Part shown: positions 52,418 through 64,000 of the stretch, one piece after another
How the letters are laid out: each line of letters begins with the position of its first letter
Position numbering within the stretch: the first letter of the stretch is position 1
Source of the DNA: Amphiscolops sp. MND2022
Lineage: Eukaryota
Direction of reading: 5' to 3'
DNA: 64,000 nucleotides
Assembly (NCBI GenBank): GCA_964187785.1
Contig: OZ076409.1
Coordinates: forward strand, 5,458,001 to 5,522,000
The notes under the pieces: model-generated
Told to the model about the DNA's origin: nothing
What the model saw: only the letters and a program-made list of their open reading frames with translations
Database searches by the model: none
Program-made: the position numbers and the translations under genes

Positions 52418-52653
52418 CATTTGACGTTGGAAATTCAATATACAAGTTGTTCGATTCATCTTTCAGTTTAACGTTTCATACTTGGCGTGAAAAATGGTTC
52501 ACACGCAGAAGAATGAAGTCAAAAGAGATAGACGTCATTTGACGTTGGAAATTCAATATACAAGTTGTTCGATTCATCTTTCAGTTTAACGTTTCATACT
52601 TGGCGTGAAAAATGGCTCACACGCAGAAGAATGAGGTCAAAAGAAATAGATGT
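52418..52653 (+). repeat. 118-bp tandem duplication
   Basis: catttgacgttggaaattcaatatacaag...aaaaga(g/a)ataga occurs twice. Confidence 0.9.
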
Positions 52654-53897
52654 GATTAAATTACAACAAATATTCTACCGGTTACCATTGGAGAAAACTA
52701 ACAATTATGAAGTTCATCAAAACTATGTGATCAATTTTAGCCTAGTTCAACAGAGAAATAAAATTTTGAACCTTACTCCACAACAATTACAAAAATGGTA
52801 AAGGAACACCGAAAATCAGTTGTGGGTGTTTATACAAGTATAGTCAAGTTTTCTGACTGATTGTAATTGTTCGTGACGCGCAAAAAAATCTTGAAACTTT
52901 TTGTGATAAGTGTGACTGTTGGGAATGGAGAACCAAATTCCAAAAGTACCGTCAAGCTACACACTCTGGAGCAATTAGAGGTTAAATTGTTGGGCGCAGT
53001 CTCATTGGTTCGATGACTTGGAGTGTTGAGCGAAGATTCGGTGAAATGGATACAGACGCAAATCAAATGTGCCTACTGTTGACTCCTCAATTCAGTGTCG
53101 GTTTGTCACTATCGAACAACAGTCACTGTATTACCCGAACCAATGACGAGTACATTGAAGTTGGGGTTCACAGGGTTACAAAAAGAGGTGTGATACAATT
53201 AAATCTATCAGAATATTTCCTACCGAAATCAACGTTTGGTGTTGTGGACGCAGGAATTTTGGAAAGAGTATGCCAACCAAATCTGCGCCACGTGAGACAA
53301 AACTTTCGATGATTAAGAGGAAGTTACCACCTCTCAAAAAACCCTCAATTCAAAAACCCCCCGATTCAGTGGAAATTCCTAAAGAACATCCGAATATTCC
53401 TGAAATGCCAAAAATTGTAGAAAAGAACAATGTTCTCAGAAGTTGGTACTTTTGTGGATTTGGTAAAAGACGTCCAAGGATCGAAACCGATTTGCAGTGA
53501 CGATTTGGAATGGAACTCTTTCGATCATTTACACACCTCCAAAGAATTCAATTGCTTCTAAGAGTAAAAAACGGTTATAATTTGTGCTTGCAACCTTTTG
53601 TACATCAATATTTCACTTTTTAACCATGCACCAGAACCAGTAGAATCGCCAGACGCAACAACTAGTCAAAAAGTTATGTACGTTTAAAACAATTAGGACA
53701 GACTTGGTTGGAAGTTATTAATTCCACAAAATGACCAAGATCTCAAGTTGTGTTTTCGTTCACACGGTTTTATTATTCCTTCTCATATCAGTTTGCTTGC
53801 TAAATCTACTTTTCTATGAAGTACCCTGCGAGGATATGTCATTCTGGGCTTCACGTTTGGGTGGTGCAATTGGATAATTGATACCTGGCCGGAAGGT

Positions 53898-54575
53898 ATG
53901 CACGCACAAGATAATTTTACGACAGACAGAGTTTTCATGTCTGTAGTTGGTCCGTTTGGGTCAGAAAAAACTGGACTATTTTTATCAATGCTCACATTCA
54001 AGACTTTCTATCAACAGGTTCAACATAATCGACTACTTTTACATGGATTTCCACTTCGTTTTCAAGGAAGTAGAGAAAAAGATGATTATTGAAATTGTCA
54101 ATTGTCCCAATTTTGAACCCATAAAGACGCTTTAGGACTGTTTACTAATTTTTGATGATTTCTGTGAAAAAAGTTATGAACAAAAACTTTTGACACAATT
54201 GCAGTTTCTGGACGTCATAGAGGACTTCACTGCATTTCTATCAAACACAACATTTTTCATCAGAGCAAGTGGTCACGAGCAATTGACCAAAACACCACGC
54301 ACATTATTCTTTGAAAACTAACCTCGAGACAGTCATCAAATTGAATACTTTGGAAGACAATTGACTAAGTGTAATTTCCTGAAAGAATGTTATAGAAAAA
54401 CTGTGGCACATCCTTGATGTCATTTAGTAATTGATCTGAATCCAACGAAAAGTGATTGTTTGAGATTCTGTTCAAACATTGTTGGTCCAGAACCAACTGT
54501 GTTTTACGTGCCTTCATCACAGGCTAAAATTGCAGATATTGACAATGAGCGCGAAAAATTTGCAAATACTCAGTC
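53898..54575 (+). pseudogene. Polinton packaging ATPase
   Basis: VVGPFGSEKT (decayed Walker A), LIFDDF, SGRHRGLHCISIKHNIFHQ...IDQNTTHIIL. Confidence 0.85.
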
Positions 54576-55427
54576 TCTTGGAAAATTTCAATTCACTTCA
54601 GCAGCAACAATTTTAAAACTCTGTGACATTGAATTTCCAAAATTCTGTTGTGAGTGTGCAATCAGTTTTATAAACGGTACAGTACCAGTCAATTGGTCAA
54701 TTTGGGTTGGCCTAATTTCTACAAGCAAAAGCTCAAATACCTGTGTAAAATATCGATTTCCAATCAAAAGCGAAGAAAAATTCTGATATCCAAAGAAGTT
54801 CTGAAACTGCTGATTTTGATTTCTCGTTCTTGTTTCTTTTATCTAACAAATTAATTAGGAGTTGATATTGACACCTAAAAGTTTCTACAAACAAAAACAC
54901 AATTCAACTTTAGAATTGTTGAAAGTTCCAGAAATGGAGCAAACGGCCAAATCAATGACTTTACTCCAAAGTGACAAAACTTTTGAAGACGCTGTAACGA
55001 CAAAACCGAAAGAAATAAAAAAAACAACAATGAATCAGTTTTGAAATCATTGGATATGCTTAGAGCAGCCCAAAGCAACAAAATAGACAGATTTTGGGTA
55101 TTATCGAAGATTCTGATACCATTCATTTTATTGCCACCGGTTAAATAACAGTCAAGAAAAACTCCCACCAAATTTCCAGTCTCAGCATTTCTCTACAACT
55201 AACAACAACCAAACAAAAACTTGACTGATCCCTCATATTCCTTCATCTTAAAGGAATTGAAATTGAACAATAACCTGGTGCCCAATTGAACAGTCAAAAA
55301 CATTTTGAACCCTAATGCAGTGACGACAACAAAGAGAAGGAGTTCCACTGAGTTTGAATTCGATACCAGCAACACAGGATCTAAAAGCAAAGCGTCTGTA
55401 TCAAAAGAGTGGAAAACTCTCGCGAGG

Positions 55428-56320
55428 ATGGAAAAACTTTACACACTTTTGCATTTGGGGCAGCTGCATATGGCAGTGTACAAAGTTTGAAAAAAGGCAA
55501 GTCGACTACCGAAAAAGAAAGTGGAAAAGTGTTTGGCTCAAACGGATGCCCATACGAAATACCGATCGCCTAGAAAAAGGTTTTCTCGACTCAAAGTTCA
55601 AGCCTCGAGAATCAGTGAAATTTGGTCAATAGATATTGGCTATAATGATAAAACAGCCAAATATATAAAAGTGGTGTAAAAGATTTACTTGTTGGAGTAG
55701 ATGTCCTTTCACGAGTTTTACGAATTCAACCAATGAAAACGAAAACGGCTGTCGACACAACCCGTGCTTTTAAACGAATGATCTCCAAGGATATCCCCGA
55801 AACAATTTGGTCCAACAAAGGCACAGAAATGTGAGACGGAATTCAAACAACTTTGTGAGTCTAAAGAAGTTGAAATCTACAATACTTACAGCGAAACAAA
55901 GTGTGCTTTTGCTGAGCGCAATATTTGTTTACTAAAAATATTACCTACAAGCGCTTGGCGAAAAAGTGGATTTATCATTACATCAACAAACATTAAATTT
56001 GGATGACGGTAATAATTCACGTGTCAACATAGTTACTGCGTTGACTCCGAAAAAAAGTGTAAAAGAAGCATACAGCTCATCTAGCTTCTTTAACGTCAAT
56101 GCGTTACACAATCCAAATTTTAATGAAGGGGCTCTTGTGAAAGTGGCAAAGGACGATTTACCCTTCAAAGGCTACAAGCAAAATTTACACAAGGGAACTT
56201 TTTGAAACCGATAAAATTGCTACCCTCAATCCTTCTACATGCAACATACAAGTCTCCTTAGGAAAAAACTGCAGGAAAATTTTACCAAAAAGAAATAGTT
56301 TCGGTTCGGCAAAATGGTTG
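55428..56320 (+). pseudogene. int: Polinton rve integrase
   Basis: IWSIDI, LLVGVDVLSR, PMKTK, IWSNKGTE, FAERNI, FKGYKQN. Frameshifted. Confidence 0.88.
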
Positions 56321-57175
56321 AACTTGAAATTCATTCATTATCCACTGCCTCGATGGACATGTAGTTTTGAGGACAACACATTAGCATCATTCAAAAACCA
56401 GCTACCTCAAATTTTTTACTTGGAAGGCGATTCGAGAGTGACTCTAATCGGAAATTATTTTCCCTTCTCATAAAAATTATGTTCACAAGTATTGTTCCTA
56501 TTATGTACATGGACAACAAATGAAAAATGACGCCAATGAGAGCTCTGAAGAAGAAATCGAGACTGAGAAAGACGAGGAAAAAGAAACAGGTGTACATCAC
56601 TATCAAAAAATGCAGCTGCGTGACAAAGAGTATGACAGTATTCAATCGTTACTGTTTGGAATACGTAAGCCTCTTCCCGTGACCCTCAAGGATGGTAAAA
56701 AACACGAGATGGCGAAGTTGAAATCAAATTCGATGCAAATGCTGGTTTGAAGTTTCCAACAAGAAGCATACCAAACATTTATGGTTTCAATGGAAAAAAG
56801 ATTCCATTTGCTATACACATCGGAAATGAAGAGTTATCAACAACTAGAACACTTGGGGCAGATATCCTGATGACTTACTTTCGGAAAAACGTCGATCTCC
56901 GTTTACACAGAAATGATTGATTATCAGAATACAGGAGATGTGAAAGCACGTGTACTACGAATAGTGGATAGTCGAAAACGCATAGAGAACGAAAAGGTTT
57001 TGACTTTGCAAAGCATACAGACAAAATCATTTTTTGATTTGCAATACAAGAAACTGTTGGTTGATAACATTCAAACAATAAAGTACCCAACTTAGAACAG
57101 AAACGCGTAACTTTGTTACATATGTTGGAAAAGGACAGGTGGTATTAACCCTAAAGTTCAGAAAAGTTGCATGAT
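56314..57175 (+). pseudogene. Polinton minor capsid (penton-like) protein
   Basis: LSTASMD..FEDNTLASFKNQLP N-terminus; IDYQNTGDVKARVLRIVD; C-terminal G.V.LTLKFRKV. Confidence 0.7.
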
Positions 57176-57535
57176 GGATGAGTATTATGTAAAACAAGTG
57201 TATCTACGACATATTTCAAGAAAATTTAGACAACGAGGCAGTGGGATTGGATTAGCGGCAGGAAATGGTTGCATAAATTTACCTTTCGCTAAATTTTTTT
57301 ACCAGCAACAAAATCATTTGGAAAAGAAATGCTCAAACAAAGTGTTTCAGAAGTATAGAATGTGCTCACGAATCAAGAATCACCTCGAAAAGCTGCCAAA
57401 AAGCAATTTCAAAGACACTCTCAAAGCAGATTGGTGGATGAAAGAAACGTGTACAAAAAATGTCGACAAAACCAAAATCCATTACTAACAGAAAACGCAA
57501 GCAGAGAAGTGGGTCAGATGATTTCTTCTCAAAAG
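57171..57535 (+). pseudogene. Polinton basic core-like protein (duplicate at 59826-60190)
   Basis: MDEYYVKQ...RQRGSGIG motif typical of Maverick core/pX-like proteins. Confidence 0.6.
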
Positions 57536-58792
57536 ATGTTACCTAACGTTTTACCACTAGACAGCGCACTTGACCTTTGTGAGTCACGTTTTTAAAGTCA
57601 GTTTTTATTACTCTCAGTTTTTCTTTTAACAAAAAATTGGACCTATTTGCCCATCTAATCGACCAACATTGGAATTTGTGAATTTGAAGTTGTTGAAGAC
57701 CGAAATAGTTTTCTGGACGTACAAAAAATTTTCTGGAAGTGAAATGTAAAATTGTGGAAAATGACGGAACATACTTGCGGTAGGAAGCAGATGATGCCAT
57801 TGCAACAGATTCTCTCATTTTTGTAAATAATACTGTCCACTCCTTTTTTCTGAATGCACAGTAACTGCTAATGGGATAAAAATGTCAAACACCAACGGTC
57901 TTTATGCTCATAAAGCCTTCATTGAAAATGAGTTTTCTAACGGCTAAGAAGCGTCTGAGACGTGCTTGGGATGCCGGGGTTATATATACGGAAGTTAACC
58001 CACCAAAACAACAACTGTTGTTTTCACAACAATAGAACTGAATCCTGTTAATCCCATGAGTTGACCTTTGTCGGAAAATTGGCATCGGATGTGTTTTCAT
58101 GGGACAAACATTTGCTCTGTGGAGTCAGTTCGCGCATTTCCTTCGTGAGATACAAGCCCGAAATGATTTAGATTCACGAAGGTGCTGCAAAAAATACAAA
58201 ATCAACTTAACTCGAGTGAAACGTTTTGTTCGCAAAATGACTGTATCTGATCAAGTTTTCACTGCCATAGAAAAAACTCTGACAAAAATACCTGCACTGT
58301 ATCGGTATACTGAGGTTTTGCCAAAAACTATCTCATTCCCACTGGTAGCCGAAGTTGGAGCGAAGAGGATGTATTTAGCAGAAAACCCATTAGGCGCTTT
58401 GCATTGGCTCTATACTCTAATCAACCGTTTCTCGGTTCACAACTTCTTTTGCACTATCAGAAATATAAATCGAACTCGAACTAGTTAGCAGTATATTGGA
58501 ATGGATATCCTATTGCAGTAACACCATTGGCGACAAATGATTAGAAACGTGTATACATATCAACAATTGATGCCCTTGCCATTAGTTGTCATGGACATGG
58601 AATTCCTATGCGCGTGATTTTCTTTGCCCTGAACTCACCAATGCTGCTATTTTTTTGAACTCAAGTTTTCAGCGGCGTTTGCCGAGAACACTCGGGTTTT
58701 TCTCTTGGGAGAAAGAGCTTCAACTATTTATATTGATTCCAATCGAGAGGTATCCAAAAACGTTATTCTGGAATCACCAACATGGATGTTAA
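57536..58792 (+). pseudogene. Polinton major capsid protein, copy 1
   Basis: DSALDL, YAHKAFIE, KYKINLTRVK.FVRKMTVS, ALYRY, PIRRFALA. Lies downstream of the minor capsid and core genes. Confidence 0.8.
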
Positions 58793-58822
58793 ACCTGGTG
58801 GATGTAAAACTGAATTCCCCCT

Positions 58823-59040
58823 CTAACACAACTTTTCAAACTCTTTTTTTGTCAAGTTGACTTTCTGTGCAAGTGTAAATCCGTCGCCAGCCTTGTTTTT
58901 GAATATCTTCATAACAATGTAGGTTCCTGTTCTGTCATATGTCTTTATTCTAACTTGAACAAGTCTAGGTGAAGCGTGGGAAATGTTCTGATGAAAATCG
59001 CCAAAGTTTTCGTCTTTTGTCAAAGTAAAACCACTAGAGA
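58823..59040 (-). pseudogene. PC4-like ssDNA-binding protein (duplicate at 61477-61719)
   Basis: SPRLVQVRIKTYDRTGTYIVMKIF...KVNLTKKEFEKL resembles the PC4 fold pattern (V.V..F.G...V.IR...KGI.L...EW..L). Confidence 0.5.
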
Positions 59041-60190
59041 AATATATTCTGAGCGCGAGAATGTCCTATTATTGTTCCTATTGTGTACATGGACAACAAA
59101 TGAAAAATGACGCCAATGAGAGCTCTGAATTTGTTCCTCTGCCTATTGTTCCTATTATGTACATGGACAACAAATGAAAAATGACGCCAATGAGAGCTCT
59201 GAAGAAGAAATCGAGACTGAGAAAGACGAGGAAAAAGAAACAGGTGTACATCACTATCAAAAAATGCAGCTGCGTGACAAAGAGTATGACAGTATTCAAT
59301 CGTTACTGTTTGGAATACGTAAGCCTCTTCCCGTGACCCTCAAGGATGGTAAAAAAACACGAGATGGCGAAGTTGAAATCAAATTTGATGCAAATGCTGG
59401 TTTGAAGTTTCCAACAAGAAGCATACCAAACATTTATGGTTTCAATGGAAAAAAGATTCCATTTGCTATACACATCGGAAATGAAGAGTTATCAACAACT
59501 AGAACACTTGGGGCAGATATCCTGATGACTTACTTTCGGAAAAACGTCGATCTCCGTTTACACAGAAATGATTGATTATCAGAATACAGGAGATGTGAAA
59601 GCACGTGTACTACGAATAGCGGATAGTCGAAAACGCATAGAGAACGAAAAGGTTTTGACTTTGCGAAGCATACAGACAAAATCATTTTTTGATTTGCAAT
59701 ACAAGAAACTGTTGGTTGATAACATTCAAACAATAAAGTACTCAACTTAGAACAGAAACGCGTAACTTTGTTACATTTGTTGGAAAAGGACAGGTGATAT
59801 TAACCCTAAAGTTCAGAAAAGTTGCATGATGGATGAGTATTATGTAAAACAAGTGTATCTACGACATATTTCAAGAAAATTTAGACAACGAGGCAGTGGG
59901 ATTGGATTAGCGGCAGGAAATGGTTGCATAAAATTACCTTTCGCTAAATTTTTTTACCAGCAACAAAATCATTTGGAAAAGAAATGCTCAAACAAAGTGT
60001 TCCAGAAGTATAGAATGTGCTCACGAATCAAGAATCACCTCGAAAAGCTGCCAAAAAGCAATTTCAAAGACACTCACAAAGCAGATTGGTGGATGAAAGA
60101 AACGTGTACAAAAAATGTCGACAAAACCAAAATCCATTACTAACAGAAAACGCAAGCAGAGAAGTGGGTCAGATGATTTCTTCTCAAAAG

Positions 60191-61446
60191 ATGTTACCTA
60201 ACGTTTTACCACTAGACAGCGCACTTGACCTTTGTGAGTCACGTTTTTAAAGTCAGTTTTTATTACTCTCAGTTTTTCTTTTAACAAAAAATTGGACCTA
60301 TTTGCCCATCTAATCGACCAACATTGGAATTTGTGAATTTGAAGTTGTTGAAGACCGAAATAGTTTTCTGGACGTACAAAAAATTTTCTGGAAGTGAAAT
60401 GTAAAATTGTGGAAAATGATGGAACATACTTGCGGTAGGAAGCAGATGATGCCATTGCAACAGATTCTCTCATTTTTGTAGATAATCCTGTCCACTCCTT
60501 TTTTCTGAATGCACAGTAACTGCTAATGGGATAAAAAAGTCAAACACCAACGGTCTTTATGCTCATAAAGCCTTCATTGGAAATGAGTTTTCTAACGGCT
60601 AAGAAGCGTCTGAGACGTGCTTGGGATGCCGGGGTTATATATACGGAAGTTAACCCACCAAAACAACAACTGTTGTTTTCACAACAAAAGAACTGAATCC
60701 AGTTAATCCCATGAGTTGACCTTTGTCGGAAAATTGGCATCGGATGTGTTTTCATGGGACAAACATTTGCTCTGTGGAGTCAGTTCGCGCATTTCCTTCG
60801 TGAGATACAAGCCCGAAATGATTTAGATTCACGAAGGTGCTTCAAAAAATACAAAATCAACTTAACTCGAGCGAAACTTTTTGTTCGCAAAATGACTGTA
60901 TCTGATCAAGTTTTCACTGCCATTGAAAAAACTCTGACAAAAATACCTGCACTGTATCGGTATACTGAGGTTTTGCCAAAAACTATCTCATTCCCACTGG
61001 TAGCCGAAGTTGGAGCGAAGAGGATGTATTTAGCAGAAAACCCATTAGGCGCTTTGCATTGGCTCTATACTCTAATCAACCGTTTCTCGGTTCACAACTT
61101 CTTTTGCACTATCAGAAATATAAATCGAACTCGAACTAGTTAGCAGTATATTGGAATGGATATCCTATTGCAGTAACACCATTGGCGACAAATGATTAGA
61201 AACGTGTATACATATCAACAATTGATGCTCTTGCCATTAGTTGTCATGGACATGGAATTCCTATGCGCGTGATTTTCTTTGCCCTGAACTCACCAATGCT
61301 GCTATTTTTTTGAACTCAAGTTTTCAGCGGCGCTTGCCGAGAACACTCGGGTTTTTTCTTGGGAGAAAGAGCTTCAACTATTTATATTGATTCTAATCGA
61401 GAGGTATCCAAAAACGTTATTCTGGAATCACCAACATGGATGTTAA
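60191..61446 (+). pseudogene. Polinton major capsid protein, copy 2
   Basis: Duplicate of 57536-58792. Confidence 0.8.
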
Positions 61447-63498
61447 ACCTGGTGGATGTAAAACTGAATTCCCCCTCTAACACAACTTTTCAAACTCTTT
61501 TTTTGTCAAGTTGACTTTCTGTGCAAGTGTAAATCCGTCGCCAGCCTTGTTTTTGAATATCTTCATAACAATGTAGGTTCCTGTTCTGTCATATGTCTTC
61601 ATTCTAACTTGAACAAGTCTAGGTGAAGCGTGGGGAATGTTCTGATGAAAATCGCCAAAGTTTTCGTCTTTTGTCAGAGTAAAACCACTAGAGAAAGACA
61701 TTCTGAGCGCGAGAAACAAATGTATAAAATGAGAAGACTCTTAAAAATGTCTCGTTGAAACCCCTGGCTTCTTGGGAGGTATCATTTGATTAGTCTACCT
61801 GGATTTGTCTACACACGCTGTTTGCGGCATTTCTTTCTCGTAGATGTTCATTCTAAAGAAAAACACTTTAATGAAACTTTAATGATTTTTCTTTGAAAAA
61901 TGACATATGAGCAGCAGCGTTGTGGGTATTTGCTCTTTCTAGTGAATATTCCTTTAATGAGAAACACACTCTACATTAGGTAATAAATGAGCACCTTTTT
62001 TCAAAAGGGTGATCAAATACGGTTCCCCACTTGTGACCTAGCAAATATAGTTTAAACAACTAGAAATGGAAAACTTGATTCTTTTTGTTGGCAACAATCA
62101 CCAAAACTGAACAACCTTCGCGACAATGGCTTCAGTTTGCACACTTTTCACTTCTCAGAGATTTATTGTTAACGAAACCCAATTTCAAACAGCTAGAGTC
62201 ATCATTGAGCAGCAGAGGGGAAAAAACCAAGATGAAACAGGAGACAAAATTCGGCGTTGAAGTGGGAAATCAAAAGGAAATTTTGCTACCCATTATTCTA
62301 TTCGGCAGAAAGGCCGCGTTATCGGTACCAGCAAGTACCATTCTGTAAAAGAAACAGAAGCTTGACCGTGTCTTTGAATGGGGTGATCCACATGATTATT
62401 GGTAAGTCGAAGAATTTCATCATTCTGATCTTAAAATGCTACCAATCAACATCAAACGCACTTTGTGCAAACACGATTGCTCATTGGTACCCATCACACA
62501 AAATCAAATGGGGGTCTGGACGGAGATGGAATTACTGGATACTTTTTAGGTAGTGGAAAAATATCCGGAGTCGTCAACATCACCACAACCACTAGATGAA
62601 GAAAAATCCAAATGGATTGACAAGAAATCTACAACGCCAGACAGCACGCAAAACAACAATTATCAACCAGCAACGACAGCAAATGTGGAAGAAACGCATC
62701 GATTAGAAAAGAAACTCATCAAGGGACTGTAATTTGAAACCTATAACTAACTAAGAAATATTCCAACTAACACCCGATTTGAAAGTAAAAAGTTCTGGTA
62801 CAAAGCCTTTACAACGCGTTTAAAACTTCAGCGTTTAAAAGATCCAAATGAAACACCAATCTGAGAACATTTAAAAGTCTTGGCCATGAGATTGAGTTTC
62901 AATAGCTCACGAGAAAACGGACAATTTTAAATCCACTTTTTGTCACATTTTGAAAAAAACATTGATCAATTTTCAAGAAATAAAAAAATGGAACCATAAA
63001 GAAATCTCTTTTTGCAGTGAAAGGTAAGCAGATACCATTGGTACTGTCCGTTGGACGCTGGCAGCCTTCAGTGTTGCGATAAATGATTCAACGAAAAAGG
63101 TCATTTTTCTCAAAACGGCTGGTCTGATTGAGCTCAAAATTGGTGTGAAAATGCGCGAGATGATTCCGGAAAAATCAATTTTAAAAAGGGGGTACATGCA
63201 ATTTTCATTTTTGATTTGAAAATAACAGTTACCTTTTTTGAAGGAGGATTGTTTGAGCAAAACTCAAAATGACTCAGGTAAATATCATAAAAAGAACGCT
63301 AGCTCAAAAAAGATGTGTAAATTTTCCAGGAAAACTTGGCACCTGGACAACCATAAAAGGAAAAATACAAATAATTCAGTGAATCCAAAGTTCTGAAGGT
63401 TACCATAAACAGAAAGCTCTTCCAGGACGTGAACCGGATATTGTGATGTTCATTCACTCGATCGAGTATGGCATTCCAAAACATACTCTGGTTGAAAA

Positions 63499-64000
63499 TG
63501 GGTGTTCAATGCGATATTTGTTTCAAGACGTTTCAAAACTCTTGAACTTGTTTCGGCATTAACATACTTTGCATTAATGCAAACCAATAAAATAAATCAT
63601 ACATTTGCAGTAATTGTGAATTCCATCAGATACACAACTTTCCGGTGGTGAATCAATGCTGCTATTGTGAAAGTTTTTACAGAGATACCACTGAGTATAC
63701 AACCCATTTTGAAACTTTCCATTATTTACCAGTCAACTTTACCAAAAAACTACAAATCATTAAAAAAAGTACTGTTTATCAACCAGTAGAATCAGCTTTT
63801 GATGGATCTCTAAACACCTTTCAACTGGATGGAAAATCACTTCGATTGATTTATTTGAAAAGCTGTATCAACAAAAAAGTAACTCCAAAATCTTGTTCGT
63901 GAAAAAGTTCACAATGGTCCGAAAAAACTTCAGCTGACTGACCCATTGAAATTGGCAAAGCCCAAACTGAACGAAACGTCTGAAAACACCTTAACAAAAT
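63499..64000 (+). pseudogene. Probable 5' end of the polB of Polinton 2 (zinc-finger N-terminus)
   Basis: MGVQCDICFKTF, CCYCESF...HFETFH (C2H2-like) and VESAFDG, as seen at Polinton polB N-termini. Truncated by the window edge. Confidence 0.5.

Larger units (their letters stand above)
56490..61715 (+). repeat. Near-identical 2.57-kb tandem duplication (56490-59061 and 59144-61715)
   Basis: ORF pairs are offset by ~2655 bp (57171/59826, 58099/60754). Only scattered substitutions. Confidence 0.97.
52015..64000 (+). mobile_element. Polinton/Maverick element 2 (left end to window edge), decayed
   Basis: Starts AGTAGT (a Polinton-type terminus) followed by GC-rich subterminal repeats. Then ATPase, integrase, minor capsid, core-like protein, MCP, PC4-like gene and the start of polB. 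Confidence 0.88.

Overview
AT-rich eukaryotic (probably invertebrate metazoan) genomic DNA, made almost entirely of decayed mobile elements, with a 200-N gap at 42405-42604. In order: (1) 1-3300, a decayed coding region I cannot assign. (2) 3306-13768, the 3' part of a large Ty3/Gypsy element. Its integrase C-terminus runs into an AT-hook, a Cys cluster and a TARG1-like macrodomain; part of this tail is amplified 4x in tandem; a long extra ORF with an SGNH-like domain follows. (3) 17474-24503, a minus-strand Gypsy element with LTRs, PBS and PPT. (4) Three minus-strand exons of a host Kelch-repeat gene (51054-51254, 27818-27992, 25586-25636) that splice in phase. The ~23-kb intron between the first two holds a decayed Polinton/Maverick (adintovirus-like) element with polB, MCP, integrase, ATPase and protease. 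Its polB 5' half is amplified 5x and carries a nested LINE. (5) From 52015, a second, different Polinton with a 2.65-kb tandem duplication of its capsid module. The most unusual signal is a family of 18- and 21-bp GC-rich double mini-hairpin (GCGAAGC/CCGAAGG) modules, seen only in the first Polinton. They sit in frame inside its genes, occur in tandem and are nested inside one another, which suggests tiny mobile elements. All calls come from manual reading and motif recognition; no searches were run.
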